This document shows, in pieces, positions 1-14,133 of a DNA stretch of 64,000 nt; the stretch's first letter is position 1; every line of letters starts with the position of its first letter. The DNA is from the human T2T-CHM13v2.0 reference genome, Homo sapiens: NCBI RefSeq assembly GCF_009914755.1, contig NC_060929.1; one strand, given 5' to 3'. The position numbers and the translations under genes were made by a program. Below the pieces are notes generated by a model that was not told where the DNA came from, searched no databases, and saw nothing but the letters and a program-made list of their open reading frames with translations.

Positions 1-879
1 TTTAAATTGATTCCAAGCAGGATGAATATTTCCTAAACTTTAGTCCAAGATAAAAAAATTTTGAAAACCATTATTGTTAAGGGCATTTCTCATAATTCTT
101 TCCTTTACATTTGTTTTTGTCTACATATGACTTTTAGCTTCATTACTAGAAGGATTTCATTTTAACAAATACAATTATTCTTGTAACCAAATAAGTTAAT
201 AACTAAAATCATGGCACAAATTATAGCAACACTTAAACTTAATTACCTCAAGTAAATAATAACTTAGTTACTTGGGAAATGTGGATAATCCCAGAAATTA
301 TAAAATCTATACATTTTGACCTGCTTTGTACCCAGCTGAAGTATTTCTCCAGGCTACACTCACATTAATCTTTTAAAAATGTACCAGGTTAGGTTTATGT
401 TATTAATACGTCTTTTAGTTGATGCAGCTGATTCTGATTCATGAATATGTCATATTAAAGATGGTTGCAAATTTTTTGACACACTGGGCAATAAGAGCCC
501 TCTTTAATTTGCCACATCTGTAGATTTGTTTTGTGTTTTCTCTTTGTTTTGGGTCCCTGTTGATTTCCTTTACTTTTTTGAAAGCTCAGTTATGCAATTA
601 AAAGGATATTTAGGATTTTCAGCTTCTGCTTAGCATGTAGTAAGCTGAACAGAGCATTGCTCCCATATTCACAACAAAAGAAATTATTGAATATTCTGCA
701 AAACCAAAACCTTTTTTGAATTTGTCAGTGAGCTGAGGTCACAGGGAAAAAAATCATTCCTGAAATCTGAAGGAAAACACCTTCCTTCAAGGAGAGAAAA
801 TACATAAGCACTTGCTTATCTGGGGCAGATTCCTGACACTCAAAATCATACAAACTTTTTAGAATGCAACAGAATTTCT

Positions 880-3800
880 TTAAGTTTTCATTTGAACTAA
901 TTTTATTCTTACAGAAAAGTTGAAAAAATCATACAAATAGTTCCCTTTTGCCCTTCACCCCTCTATCTATAATATTAACAGTATATATAACCATTGTACT
1001 ATTATCAAGAGCAGAAAAATAACAATGGCATGATATTATTGACTAAACTATAGACCTTATTCAAATTTCACCAAGTTTTCCATTAATATCTGTTTTCTCT
1101 TACTGGATCCTATCCAGTGTTGCATATTGAATTTAGTTGTTATTTCTTTTTATTCTCCCCCATTTTTAATAACTCTCAGTGTCTCTTAGTTTTTCATGAC
1201 CTTAACATAGTTGTAGAATATCCCTCAATTTGGAGTTTTCTCATGATTGGAAAGAGGTTATGCATTTGTGGGAAGAATGTCACAAAAATGCTGTGTATTT
1301 GTAATTATATTGTATCAAGGGGTTCATTATGTCAATATGTCTCATTAGGTGATGTTTATCTTGGGTCTTGTGTGTCACTATTATAATTGTGGTGTTTGTT
1401 TAATGGTGATGCTCTATTTTATTCTTCTTTCTATATTAATTAACTTGACCTGTACTTTAAGAGCTATCTCTTCCTATTTATTTTTCATTCATATTCATAG
1501 ATGTTTATTTTAATCTATAGATGAATATTTTAATACAGATAAAAACAAGTAGTTGTTATTTACAGATGAATACTTTATAGATTAAAATCCAATACTACCA
1601 TTATTATTTGCCATTGCTGTTGTTGCTCAGATAGTTCCCACTTTGGTTATCAGGAAGTCCTTTAGATTGGTTCTTTGTTTTTGAGCACTTCCTTGCTTTT
1701 TTGTATAGTGAGGATGTTCGGATGTTTGAGGCTCATTTTTTATTTTCCGTGCCCCATCTCTGGAATCAACAACTTCTCTGAGGAGCCCTGCTTCCTCTCT
1801 CTTTTTTGGAAAATGATACTTAACTATCAAGATCTGGGTTTTAGGTGTGCTCATAGAATCTGGGTCATTGCTTCTAGGCCTGAGCAGAGAGGACTAATAA
1901 ATATGTGTATTTATACAAATCTACAGATACACACATCTGTATTTCCTGTTAATTGGTACCTATGTTAAAAGCCATGAGTTTATACCGCTACCTCAGATTC
2001 TATCCCAACACCACAGGGTTTAAGGCCCTCTTCTCCCAGGGCTTAAGATTTATAACATCTTTCTCCCACACTGAAAACTTGGCTCTCATTATCTGTAATA
2101 TATTTACTTATTTGTTCTATTATGGTAGTTTTGAAATTGCTAACCTATATCCCTGTGGGAAGCACTTTTACAATTAGGTTACAGCTTTTATACACAGCTG
2201 CTCTTGTCTTTAGCTGTATGATATTCAGTCAAGATACTGTTTTCCACAAGTACTTACAGTAATTTTCTTCTTCCACTCCTCCACTCTTGAGTGTGGAGAT
2301 TGTTCCACAACCTAAAATAGTCAGGCTTGTTAGATAGTAAAGTAAAGATAGCTTTACTTCATTTATTTTTGGCTCATTCTTTTCTATTTGGCCTAATTGA
2401 CTTATTTGGCCTAATTGACCTATTTGGCCTAATTGACCTATTTTCAAATATTTACAAAACTCCTAATGAATGCCTAATGTTAGTGTTTGAATCCCACTTT
2501 GGATTGCCTTTATAAACTTAGTGTCTACTTTTTTGTATGTGAAGAGTATGTGAAATATCACTATGATTTCTAAGAGTCTATATACATAAGATATACTCAA
2601 GGAGTGTTAGTCCTTCTTCTTTCTTGCCACTCTCTTCCCATCTCCCCCTTTTCTCCACTCTTTCCCACCTGCTGCATGTAGGTTACCAATCTCCTTGATT
2701 TCTGTTTTCTGTTTTCTGTTTCCTATGTTTCTTTTGCCAAAATCTTTTGCACATGAGCAGATACATGTGTATTTTTTTTTTTTTTTGGCTTGAAAGATGG
2801 CAAACTATGGATACTCATGGAGGCTGGGACTTTTTCACTTAACAAGATGTCTGGAAATCACTGTATTTCAGTTCATAGAGATCTTCATCATTTAAAAATA
2901 TATAGCCAAATAATAATCCTTTGCGTGGCTGTACATAGTTAATTCAAACACTCTCTTATGGGTGGGCCAGTAAGTTGTTTCCAGTATTTTTTACAATATA
3001 AACAATGCTACTATAGCTTTGTGTATATGTATTTTCATATGTTCTGAAGGTATGTCTACAGGATCTATTCTGATAAGTGGGATGCTGGGCCAAAAATAAA
3101 TAAATATATAATGTTATTATTAGATATTGCCAAGTTACCATCCAGAAGGGCTGTACTCATTTGCTTGCCCATTAGCAATATATGTTAGTGTCTGTTTCCC
3201 ACAGCTTCACCAGCAGAAAGTATTTTCATAGTTTTGAAATGTTTGCCAATGTGATTGATTAGAATGGCATATCATATGTTGCTTTAATTTGTATTTCTTT
3301 AATTATGAGTGAATTTGGATATTTTTATATATTTGAGAGCAACTTTTGTCTCTTTTTAAAAATGGTCTGTTCATGTCTTTTTTCCCCCATTTTTCTATCA
3401 GATTTTTGTGGGGTTTTTTTTGTCCCTCAATTTATAAAATTCTTCATATATAAGTGACATTGGCACTTCTTCTGTGGTACATGTTTCAAACATTTTCCCC
3501 TAGTTTGCCAGTTTACGTATGGTGCTTTTTAGTGATGTAAATTAAAAAAAATAAGTTGGCTGTATAGGATAATTTCTAAGAGTCCATATACATAAGATAT
3601 ACTCAGGGAGTGTTACTCCCTCTTCTTTCCTGCTACTCTGTTCCCATCGCCCCCTTCTTGCCACTCTTTCTTACCTGCTACATGTAGATTACCAATCTCT
3701 TTAGTTTTTGGTTTCTCTTTCCTGTATTTCTTTTGCCCAAATCTTTTGTACATGAGCAATGATTTTTTTACATGCAATATCGTGTTTACATAGACAACTA

Positions 3801-4860
3801 TATTGATCTATTCTTTTATTGACTCAAATTTGAGTTATAGTTAGAAAGCTTTTCCCCACACACAGTTTAAACAAAAATTTACCTGTATTTTCTTCTAGAA
3901 ATTACATGGTTTCCATTTTTACATTTAGATTACTAATCTATTTGGAGCATATTCTGTGTATGGTATGAGCTATGGATCTGATTTTTCCAAATGGCTACTC
4001 AGTTTTCTTAATACCATTTATTAAACATTTCATCTTTACCTTCAGCAATTTGTGATATTGCCTGTATCCTACGTTACATTTATATACAAATGTAAGTCTA
4101 ATTTGGAATTAATTCTATTCCATTGATCAATTTGTCTATTCACATGTCAGTACAACATTGTTTTAATTATAGGGCCTTAATAGGCTAATAAATACTAATC
4201 TTTGTATTTTATTAATACTAAGATTTATTAATAAATACTAATAAACCCTTTTCTGATGTTTTTATGGCCACTCTTCCTTATTTATTTTCACATATAAAAT
4301 TTAGATTCAACTTCTCTAATTCAATAAAATAATGTGTCTTTGTTGTCACTGGGATTCCATTGACTTTATAGACTTAGACATCTGACATCTTTATAATATT
4401 GAGATGTCCTATCCAAGAACAGGGTATGTCTTTCAATTTGTTTAAGTTATTCTTATCTTTCAAGAGGGTTCTTACATTTTCTTCAAACAGATTTTGCGTA
4501 TTTCTTGTCAACTTTATTGCTAGAAATATAATCTTCTGTGTTTCCCTTATAAATGAAGTTTACTTTATCAAAATGGTTGTTTGTGTACGTGAAAGCTATT
4601 TCATATGTAAATTTTTTAATCCTAATACTTCACTGCATTCTTTTAATGCTTAAATTAATTTATTATTCTTTGGGACATTCTAGGTATATTATCATGTCAT
4701 CCTTTGATAAAGATAGCTTTACTTCATTTATTTTTGGCTCATTCTTTTCTATTGACCTATTTGGCCTAATTGACCTATTTTCAAATATTTATAAAACTCC
4801 TAATGAAAGCCTAATGTTAGCCAATGCTTATGGCATTTTAATTCTACTGGTGTGAAAGCA
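880..4860 (-). mobile_element. Old, degenerate L1 (L1MC/L1MD-like) 3' UTR plus ORF2 3' region
   Basis: T-rich plus strand with motifs resembling antisense L1M 3' end and ORF2 (e.g. 'gttgtttccagtattttt', 'atcatgtcatcc...gatagctttacttc', 'atccaagaacagggtatgtctttc'). Boundaries approximate. Confidence 0.7.
2384..2443. repeat. 18-bp tandem repeat (ctatttggcctaattgac) x3.3
   Basis: Units at 2384-2401, 2402-2419 and 2420-2437 plus a partial unit, read directly. Confidence 0.95.
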
Positions 4861-5103
4861 AATTAATACACATTTTGGAAGACATGATATTGGAAAAGTA
4901 AGTTCATTTTAAAAAATAATAGCAAGTATTTGGAAATAAATGTCTAGTAGATGAAGAATGGTCAAATAAATTACGGTCTATGCAAACAAAGCAATACCAT
5001 GAAATCATTCTAACTAAATTATTGCTTAAAATAACATTTCCTAGAAGACGTTCTGACAAACAGTACTCCAAGAGAAACATTTCAGGTAGAGAGTGGAGGG
5101 TCA

Positions 5104-5723
5104 TGATGATTGATTAATTTTATGTGTGTGTCAGTATGACTAGGTTATGAGATACCCAGATAACCTGTAAAAAATGATTTCTGAGTATGTCTATGAGTGT
5201 GTTACCAGAAGAGATTAACATTTGAATCAGTGGACTGAGTAAAGAAGATCCGCCCTGACCAATGTGGGTGAGCATCATCCAATATGTTGAGGGTTCTAAT
5301 AGAACAAAAAAGCAGAGGAAGGGACAATTCTTGATCTCTTTTTAAGCTGGGACATTCATCTTCTCCTGCCTTGGACATTGGAGCTCTTGGTCTTCAGGAC
5401 TTTTAATTCTAGGTCTTACATCAGATTTCCCTCAACCTTCCATTCCAACTGGTTCTTAGGTCCTCAAAATATCACTGAATTGTACTGCAGGCTTTCCTAG
5501 TTCTACAGCTTGCAGACAGCAGATCATAGGACTTCTTGGCTTCTGTAATCATGTGAGCCAATTCCCATATGAAATATCTCTTTCTCTTCTTTGTCTCTCT
5601 CTCTCTCCAAATATATATGTGTGTGTGTGTGTGTGTGCGTGTGATCATGTATATATCATACATACGTGTGTGTGTGTGTGTATCATATTGGTTCTGTTTC
5701 TCTGGAGAACCCTGACTAATACA
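5104..5723 (+). mobile_element. MLT2-family (ERVL) solo LTR with internal (TC)/(TA)/(TG)n
   Basis: Typical MLT2 motifs 'gagattaacatttgaatcagtggactgagtaaagaagatccgccct' and end 'ggttctgtttctctggagaaccctgactaataca'. Confidence 0.85.
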
Positions 5724-7084
5724 AAAGGGCCATGACCAACATATCTGGGAAACAAATCTATCATTTGGAGAATCAATGCAGATTAGCTTTGAAAAGCTGA
5801 GATGTACTGCAATAAATAAGTATGGTTAACTCCATCTAACCTGATTTCTCCCAAATGCATTCTACTACAGAATGTTTGGTTTTCAAATAACACATTGTCA
5901 CATAATTTTTGTTTTGCAAGTATCATACTTTATGAAAATGAAAAACTGCCTTAATAAAAATTTGATGACATGGGAAAATATGCATGCTATTCGTTAAGTT
6001 GAAAGGCAGACTACTAAAAAAAAAACCAATATTGTTCTATTGTTCTACTACTTGAAAACATGCTTATATATGGACATGTGGAAGTATGTACATCAAAATG
6101 TTAGCTAAATATTTACTGAGCAGTGGGCACCTATCAAATTTTAATTTTTGTATTATTTTAAAATTGATGATATGTACTATGTTTTTCTAACAAAAACGTA
6201 TTTTTCTGATAGCATAAAATTGTTTAAACACTAAATATTTTAATGAAAACATTAAATATTCAATGAACATTAAATTATAATTTTCAGGATTGTTTAAAAT
6301 TTGTAAAGTGAGCATATATGTATTTTTCAAGGGGGGAGGGAAAGGATTAGTTGTTAGAGAAGGCATTACATAATTTTGACACTGTCTGAAGATGAAAGGA
6401 AATTATTTTTAAAAACTTAAAATATAGAAACTTGTTATTCAAATGAGCAGGTATATTCTAATTGTAATTAATTAAACCATGTGACTTAAAAAATCCTGAA
6501 AGCAGATGACATTATCTTATTGAAAATGTAAGTCTTTATCTTTTTATTAACTCATTTTCTGTTAAGTTTTTGGCATTTTAAAAATTGTACTTTGGCACAA
6601 GGAAATCCAGATTTTCTTTGTTGACTGTAGCATTAAGAATGAGACATATGAAGCCAATTTGAATAAAGATTTGTTGAAAGCTTAATTCCTTCTTTGCAAA
6701 AATAGCAACAATATCATGAAAATAATGTGCAAACAGAAACAGAATCCCTGAGGCTTCTACTAAGAAAAACACAGAGAACCAGTATTTTTACCAGCAATTC
6801 AGGTCACAAGAAAGTTCTGTATGTTATAGTTCAGGGACATTTGCATAAATCTCTCATCTCAGACTATTTGCACTTTGTAGTGGTAAAAAATTACTTATCC
6901 TAAGACCTCTTTTTGTACAGAAAAACATTTTTTTCAATTCTTTTCCATTGTTTTCAATTTAAATATGGTGCCTGTTTAAACAGTAACTTTCTGCATATGA
7001 AACAAGAGATTTTGTTAAAACTCTGGTACTACTACAATATTTCTTAGAGACATAGAAAATGATCATCATGATGATGATGTAATA

Positions 7085-7290
7085 CTATGGATGAAACTGA
7101 GGTCTTCCATGTGCCAAAAACTCTTTTAAGGACTTCACATGCATTAATTTATTGAATCTTTATAAAATCCATATGAGAGAGGAGCTATTATTACCTGAGC
7201 TTTACTGAGAGGAAAATTGGGATGTATAGGGAAAATGAACTTGCTCAAGGTCACATAGCTAGGAAGTGGCAGGGCCCAAACCTAAACTCC
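7085..7290 (-). mobile_element. MIR SINE fragment
   Basis: Core 'tttactgagaggaaaattggg...aacttgctcaaggtcacatagctaggaagtggcag'. Confidence 0.7.
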
Positions 7291-9973
7291 TAACTGAGTC
7301 TCTTACGATAAAGAGAAAGTGGTGTAATGACCTACCTACCTGAATATTGTGAAACTATAGAACTGCTTTTAATAGAAAAGGGAGTTTTTCATTTGAAATT
7401 TTAAAATAAGAGAAATAGAAATAAATGAAGTATAAGTAAATTTATACTCAAGTGTTTTTCTTTGTCCAGGGCATGCTGTAGTTAATATACTATTTGAAAT
7501 GTGTCAAAAACATATGCACACACATATATTAAAAAAAAAACATTATGCGACTAGGGCTCAAAAAATAGATGGCTCTTCAATTTGTTAGGTATGTTTGGAT
7601 TTACTTACATACAACAAGAAAAATAGCAAGGCAAAACAGTATTTTCTAAGTCTCATAGAGATGTGCTATCTGATAAAGACGATGCCAGGAAAGGTTTAGA
7701 GGTTTTGAAGAAAGTGCAGGATTTGACCTTACGTTGGACCACTTAGAGGAGGGAACATTCAAGGGGAAGAGAGTAAGTCCATAAACAGTGGCATGACGAC
7801 GTTTTGGTTGTTGGGGTCTGCAAGGAATTGTAAACATCAGACAAATATGGCTGCTTTGGAGAGTTGTCAGAGTCAGCTTGTGCAGTAGCTTAGTGAAGGC
7901 ATTAAGTGCCTTGCACAGAGAGCTGGTGTGTGTCCTAGGTATAGAGCAAAATTTAGTTGATACCTTTGTATCTATCTACCACAGCACAGTAAATCATAAG
8001 ATGTCATCAAGCCCTAACCAGTTATCTTGCTTCTCTCTTAAACTTGGAATCTCCGTTTTTCTTTATCCTGTCAAGGTCATCCTGTTTCAAAGTTGGTGGA
8101 TACTTTCTTCATGATGTCTCTCAGATCTTCCTTTCTAATTACCTTATTTTTCTAGTATGGTTCTCCATGATCTCACAACCCTGTAAATGGTACAGACCTC
8201 TTATTGTGTCAACTTCTATTCTTTAGGGCTTTTAAAGTGAGTTAGTTTAAATGAACAAGGAGAGTTTTTGGCATATGTAGGTAACCTGGTTAAAAAAAGG
8301 AGTAAACCTCATCTGGGAGACAAGTGAATCCAAGGACTGGCAAGCTGTCAGATCTCTCTTCCCATCTCTTGATTCCTGTCTATGTTAGCTTCATTCTTAT
8401 CTTCTGCATACAAGCTAACTTTGTGTGGTAAGGAGCATGGTCTCAGCCTACTTCATATTCATATTTCTGCAGTGTAGTTATCTAAGAGGAAATAAACTCT
8501 TTCTTGTCAGTTGTGTTCAGAAAGTAACTTAAGTGCTACAATTGGTTCTGCTTTGATTAAGAGATTGTCGCCAGAGAAATCACTATAGTCAAGGAGATAG
8601 GGTACTGGAACTGGGGCTTCCATCAGAACCACTTAGTGGGTGTAGAGTAGTAGAAAATTATCCGGCCTAGAGAAATATGTTTCTGAGAAGATAAAAAAAT
8701 AAATGCCCACTGCCCTCTCTAATCTCTGAGTAACAGTCTTTAAATATATTTTCAGCATAATACTTTCACATTCAAATTGAACTATCTTTTCTAGCATTAA
8801 ACTTTTTTTCCAATGGTTGTTATACGATGACTTCTCTCATCATTGTCAATATGTTGATCCCATTTGTTGTGGGTTTAAAACTAGGCTCTCCAATTTACTA
8901 GTTAGGTGATCTTAAGCAATTTATCGTCTCTAACCTTGAATTTTCATCCCTAAAGTCGGGATACTAATGTGCTAACTTTATGAGTTAATTGTGAGGAGTA
9001 AATCAGCTCACAAAGTACATAGAAGGCACTTAACATTTCTTATTCCTTGGTATGAATAGAGTATGTGTAGGATGAAAGTTGCATGCTGTGTTAAAAAAAG
9101 CAGAAGACTAGGTGACACAACCTGTTATTGTCCTTCCCAAAGAGCATGGATAAGGCTAGGGAAAAAAAAAAAAAGACAAGCTCCTTAATAAAATTTCTGG
9201 AAAACATTCATTTCATTCTATCTTCAAAATTCTGGGGATATATTTCCTCAGAAAGCTCCATACATAATGGGCTTTAGGCACTGAAAACATATCAGGGCCT
9301 TTGCCCAACAATGGAAAATTCACTACTTCAACCATTTTCTTTAGTATTCTTTAGCAACTCCTTGGTTTAATCACTGGATAATGTTGAAAGATTTGGTGAA
9401 AAACACTTGTTTGAAGGGTCTGTTTACTTGAAGTGAAACTAAGGGCCATGAAGGTGATCCAGCTAGCTTTCTCTTGTGTAGCCAAAGACAATTCTAGATC
9501 TTCCTGCTGTGTCTGATTTTTGATCAAAGATTGGGATTGGGGAGCACTGAGTTCAGCGGCACTGAGTTTGGCACCGTATGTTAGGAATGGCGGGGGTCAT
9601 AAAAAGAGAAAATGGGGATGAGGACATGGGAAGTTCTCAATTCTTGAAGTGGAATTAAAGAAATGTGAAATAACATTACGTGAGAAAATACTCAGGAAAT
9701 ACCAATATAACATACAAATTCCCATTACGCTGTTTCTGGGTAGGCGCTGAGTCAGAATTTCTAGGATAGAAGGAATATTGACGGAGGCAAGCAGTTTTGG
9801 TGAAATGATGGCCAACACGAATCTTGTTCAGACTCTTTGTCCTCTTCTATTTTCTCTGTGGAAATTCTCCCAAATGCCCGCCCCTCTCTCTACTCTCCCC
9901 TGTAAGCCTTGCCTCCCAGGGTTTGCCCCCTTACATTTTACTGTCAGATATTTCAGATATTTTTATATTTTCA

Positions 9974-10536
9974 TGTAGTGATAGGTGTAATTCTAAGATG
10001 GTCCCCAAATTCCTGCCCCCTGGCATGCCCACCATGTATAATTTCATACTCTTGACTGGGGGTGGCACCATTAATATGATTAATGATGCTAATGGCATAG
10101 CAAAGTTTGTATAGTTACTCAAGTGATTACATTAAGTTATATAAGACTCCTTCTTAGCATCCTGGAGAAAGATTCTCCTGTTGGCTTTAAAGAATAAGCT
10201 TCCATGTTGTGAGAGGGGCATGTGACCAGGACTCAAAGGCAGCTTTTAGGAGTTAAAAGCCACTCCCATCCCCACAGCCAACAAGAAATGGGGATCTCGG
10301 TTCCTCCCTCAAAAGGAACTGAATCCTGCCAACAACCTGAATGAGCCAGAAAAAATATCCTAATCTCCAGATGAGAATGCACCCCATACAGCACCTTAAT
10401 TTCAGCCTATGGACTCCTGAACAGAGAATCAGCTATACTCTACCCAAGCCCTTGCCACACAAAGACCATGAGATAAAACATTTCTATTTTTTTAAGTAAA
10501 GTTTGCAGTAATTTGCTATGCAGCTTTAGAAAACTT
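9974..10536 (+). mobile_element. MLT1 (MaLR, MLT1D/E-like) solo LTR
   Basis: 'aattctaagatggtccccaaattcctgcccc', 'aaggaactgaatcctgccaacaacctgaatgagc', and 3' end 'gtttgcagtaatttgctatgcagc'. Confidence 0.8.
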
Positions 10537-11049
10537 TAAATTCTAAAGAATTTTTTTAAAAATCTAATTTAAATTAGAATTATGCCTTATCCTTAATTAA
10601 TTTCTTCATACCTTTCAGTGCACATACTTTAGTACTTTGTACAAAGTAACCATACAATTAAAATTTGCTGATGGATTAATTTGTTGATTAGGATAATTAT
10701 CCTAAAATTTTATTTCCAATGTCTATTTTCCCCCCACCAGAAAAGTCCTTAAAACTTTTTCTAAGTATTTAGTAAATATCATCTTTTTTTTTCCCCTGGA
10801 AAATTCCTCCACTTATTAACCTGTCAACATATTCGTGCTGACCCAAACCAAATAAGTAAGCAGTGTAGGTCAAAAGATACTTTGGAAAGGAAGATCATGC
10901 TATTTGGGGACAGTTTCAGTGGGTAGTTATAATCAGTCAAGTATTAAATTATGAAAAAATGTCATATGAAGTTTGGTATGAACACATTAGAACTTTAAAT
11001 TTTTTCCTGATGTTTCCCAATTATGTTAATATACATTGAGAGTAATAAA

Positions 11050-11425
11050 AATGATAATAACAATAGCTAACTTTTATTAATCACCTCATATGTTCCTGGC
11101 AATTAAGAGTTTAATCTGTTAATATATTTAAGCTCTAAAAATATTTGTAACCTCAGTTACTATTACTGTCTTCATCTTATTGATAAGGAAACCAAGGCAA
11201 AAAGGTTAAATAATTTGTCCAGGGTCAAATAGATAGCAACAACAGTAATAATAAACTTTTGCAGAGCACTTCAATGGTGCTTTACTTATTACGTTGGCGC
11301 AAAAGTAATTGCAGTTTTTGCCACTACTTTAAATGGCAATATATTAACTCATTTAATTTCTATGATTATTGTGTGAATTAAGTACTATTATTCCTTCATT
11401 TTAGAGATAAGAAAACAGAGGCTTG
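11050..11425 (-). mobile_element. Two adjacent MIR fragments
   Basis: 'aataacaatagctaac', 'gataaggaaaccaaggc...taatttgtccagggtca', 'attttagagataagaaaacagaggctt'. Confidence 0.65.
11289..11339. mobile_element. Truncated MADE1 (Hsmar1-derived MITE) inside a MIR
   Basis: 'ttacgttggcgcaaaagtaattgcagtttttgccactactttaaatggcaa' matches the MADE1 left TIR and spacer; the right TIR is missing. Confidence 0.8.
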
Positions 11426-13963
11426 CAAATCATTTTAGAGCACTTTTCTTCTCTAAATGCTTCACTGTTATAAGCTAATAACAGTAAACTTATTTTAAAA
11501 ATCAATTTTTTTTCAAAATTCCAAAATCAGTTCAATACTGCCAGATTAATCTTCCTTGCATACTAGCAGAGTCTTCTACAGGAAACATTCAATGACTGCC
11601 TGTTGCTAACTTACGAAATTCCAACAACTTATGATGGCCATTTAGGGTCTTCCATGCTCTCACTCCAATGTGTATTTCTAGTTAAATTTTCTACTATGCC
11701 TCAACATGCACCCTGGGTTCAGTCAAATCAGCATAAGTAATGTTCATTACACCCAGGCTTTCATGGCTCTGTGGTTTTCTGATTTAATTTTGGCCACCTG
11801 GAAGGCCCTCCTCCACCTCCACTTGTCAAAATAGCATTTCCTTCTATTTCATATCTCAACTTCTCCAGCAACAGTTTAATTCTATAACCAGACATGTTGC
11901 TTTCCTTTACTTTGCACATAAAGGAATTATTTAACATATTACAATTATATTTATATTACAGACTTTTCTTTCTTCCATATCTTCCCTAATGACTATATAT
12001 TTCTTGAACGGGAAAAACAATGCTCATAGGAAAATAACGTATCTAATATTATTTGAGAGTTATATGAATTCATTCAGTATAAATTCTCTTCTAAGGGACT
12101 TTGAATTTATTTCTCTAATTGTTTGATAAAAGAATTACACAGAGATGTTGTTTTTTAGATTCTTTCCTCATATCCTGGAAAGTTCATGTCTCAATTTCCC
12201 TTAGTTTTCCATTTTTAAGGGCTATGATCTGATCTACATAATAATATAAAAAATGGAAATAAGTAAATTGAAGCTTTTTTAGTGGAATAAGGATATATTA
12301 CATTATTGAGCATTACTAAGTGCCAGACAACAATCCTTGTCCTCATGGAGCTTAGATTCCAATAGGAAAAAATAAAAAATAAACATATATATATAGAAGT
12401 TCTATGATAGGTACTATAAAAACATAGATCAAAGTTAAACATTGGTTGTGGCAGAAGGTGAGATAAGGCATATGTGGTCATGGCAGGCCTCATTGGAAAG
12501 GTGATAAGTGAGTAGGAAGAGCTGCCCAAGAAAGTTTTTTCCTCCCTTGAGTGTGGATTATTGAGGGGAAGGATGCTGCCTCTCTATTGATGAAGAGAAA
12601 ATCTTTTCTTACCTTTGGTTTTATTGAGTGTAATGACAAATGATTTGAAACTGTTTGACATTCCTAGTCACTCAAATAAATGTAGAATTTGAGTAACTGG
12701 ATCTGACATACACTCTTTAAAGTGTTAAGTCAGAAGCATGATGCTATGGGCTGAATTATGTCTACCCCAAATTTATATATATGTATATGTATGTGTGTAC
12801 GTGTGTGTATATAAAATATCTTATCTTTCCTGCCGATTTTTCTTCCCTGGTTGAACCCCAAATGACAACTTACAAAAAACAAATGAGACTTTTTTTCTAA
12901 GAGTGTACAAATTACCATTTGATTAGATAATTCAATCATATATCAGTAATCAATTTAGATCAATTTCAAAATAGTTAATTTGTTATGTATACACTCTAAG
13001 AATGAAAGATTCTATGAATATGTTACACATTTTCCCAAAAAGAATGAATTTCAAACCAAAAGAGTAGCATATGCCTTCCGGGAAAATAAACTGTTTCTGA
13101 AGTCAATAATTTATTCTTTGCTCATAGCAAGCGTACATCCTTCCCAACTTAAAATAATCAAAAATTTCAATCAAACTTACTTTCACCTTAGACCCTTTCC
13201 TCTTCTTCATTGGTCTCTCAGAATTATAGCTTACACCCATAGTTTCAATTTTTTCACTTTTCATTTACTCCTCAGTCATTAACATTTGGCTTCCATTCTT
13301 AAAACTCTACCAAAATAATCCTTGATGATTGCTTTGCCATTAAATGACTGTATTTAATGATCACTTTACGTGACCCCTCAGCATCACTCAATAATATTGT
13401 CCCCTTCTTCTTTCCGGGAAATCTTTCTTTCCATTTGCATCAATGACATCACAATCTGGTTTTCCTACTGTTTCCAGATTACTCTTTTTCTGACCCTTTT
13501 TCTTTTTTTTTTCATGTAATACCATTTTAATAAGCCATGTATGTTTATTATTTAATTACATGTTTGTTATGCACAAACTGCTCTTATACAGTTCTGTTAG
13601 CCAGTATAATAACGTTTTTAACTTTGTCGATAACAAACTTGTATTTGTAATGTAACATATGCTGTGCTCTAGTCTAAAAATTGGTGCTTAAACTGTTCAC
13701 TAATTTAATTATGTAGGATGCAATATGTTCCAAAATCCAGTGCACTTAATTGTATTTAAATTTGGTTTTCATTTAAGATCCTCACATGCTAAGAAGTAGA
13801 GCAGCCTTGTAGAATTGATCCTTTCTCATTTGAAGCCAAGTCTGATCATCTCTTGACACCCAGGTTGGGCTGAATGCAGAGGATGGGTCTTAGTTTTTTT
13901 TTTTTTTTTATTCAAAGAGCATTGCATCTTTCCTAACTCAAGTAGTTTCTATCCTCATTTCAG

Positions 13964-14133
13964 ACCTCCAGCTTGACTACTCATTAACAGATGAGTTCTG
14001 CAGAAACCACTTCTTGGTGGGACTGTTACTGAGGGAGGTGGGGACAGCCCTCCAGGAGTTCCATCTGATCGCCATCAGTGTGCTCAAGAACCTGCTGATA
14101 AAGCATTCTTTTGATGACAGATATGCTTCAAGG
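13964..14133 (+). pseudogene. DOCK9: DOCK9-derived exon A, (D)LQLDYSLTDEFCRNHFLVGLLLREVGTALQEF-HLIAISVLKNLLIKHSFDDRYASR
   Basis: Acceptor 'cctcatttcag|' and donor 'agg|gtgagt'. Translation matches recalled DOCK9 (Zizimin1) sequence, apart from an apparent 3-codon deletion (QEFREVRLIA to QEFHLIA). Confidence 0.9.

Noticed and set aside
2384-2443. CRISPR-like or coding repeat (ORF GQIGQLGQI / GLIDLF repeats)
   Set aside because: Direct 18-bp tandem units with no spacers in mammalian DNA; the ORFs are a by-product of the 18-nt period.
10563-10578. 16-bp perfect palindrome tctaatttaaattaga
   Set aside because: AT-rich and short; unremarkable for this base composition.
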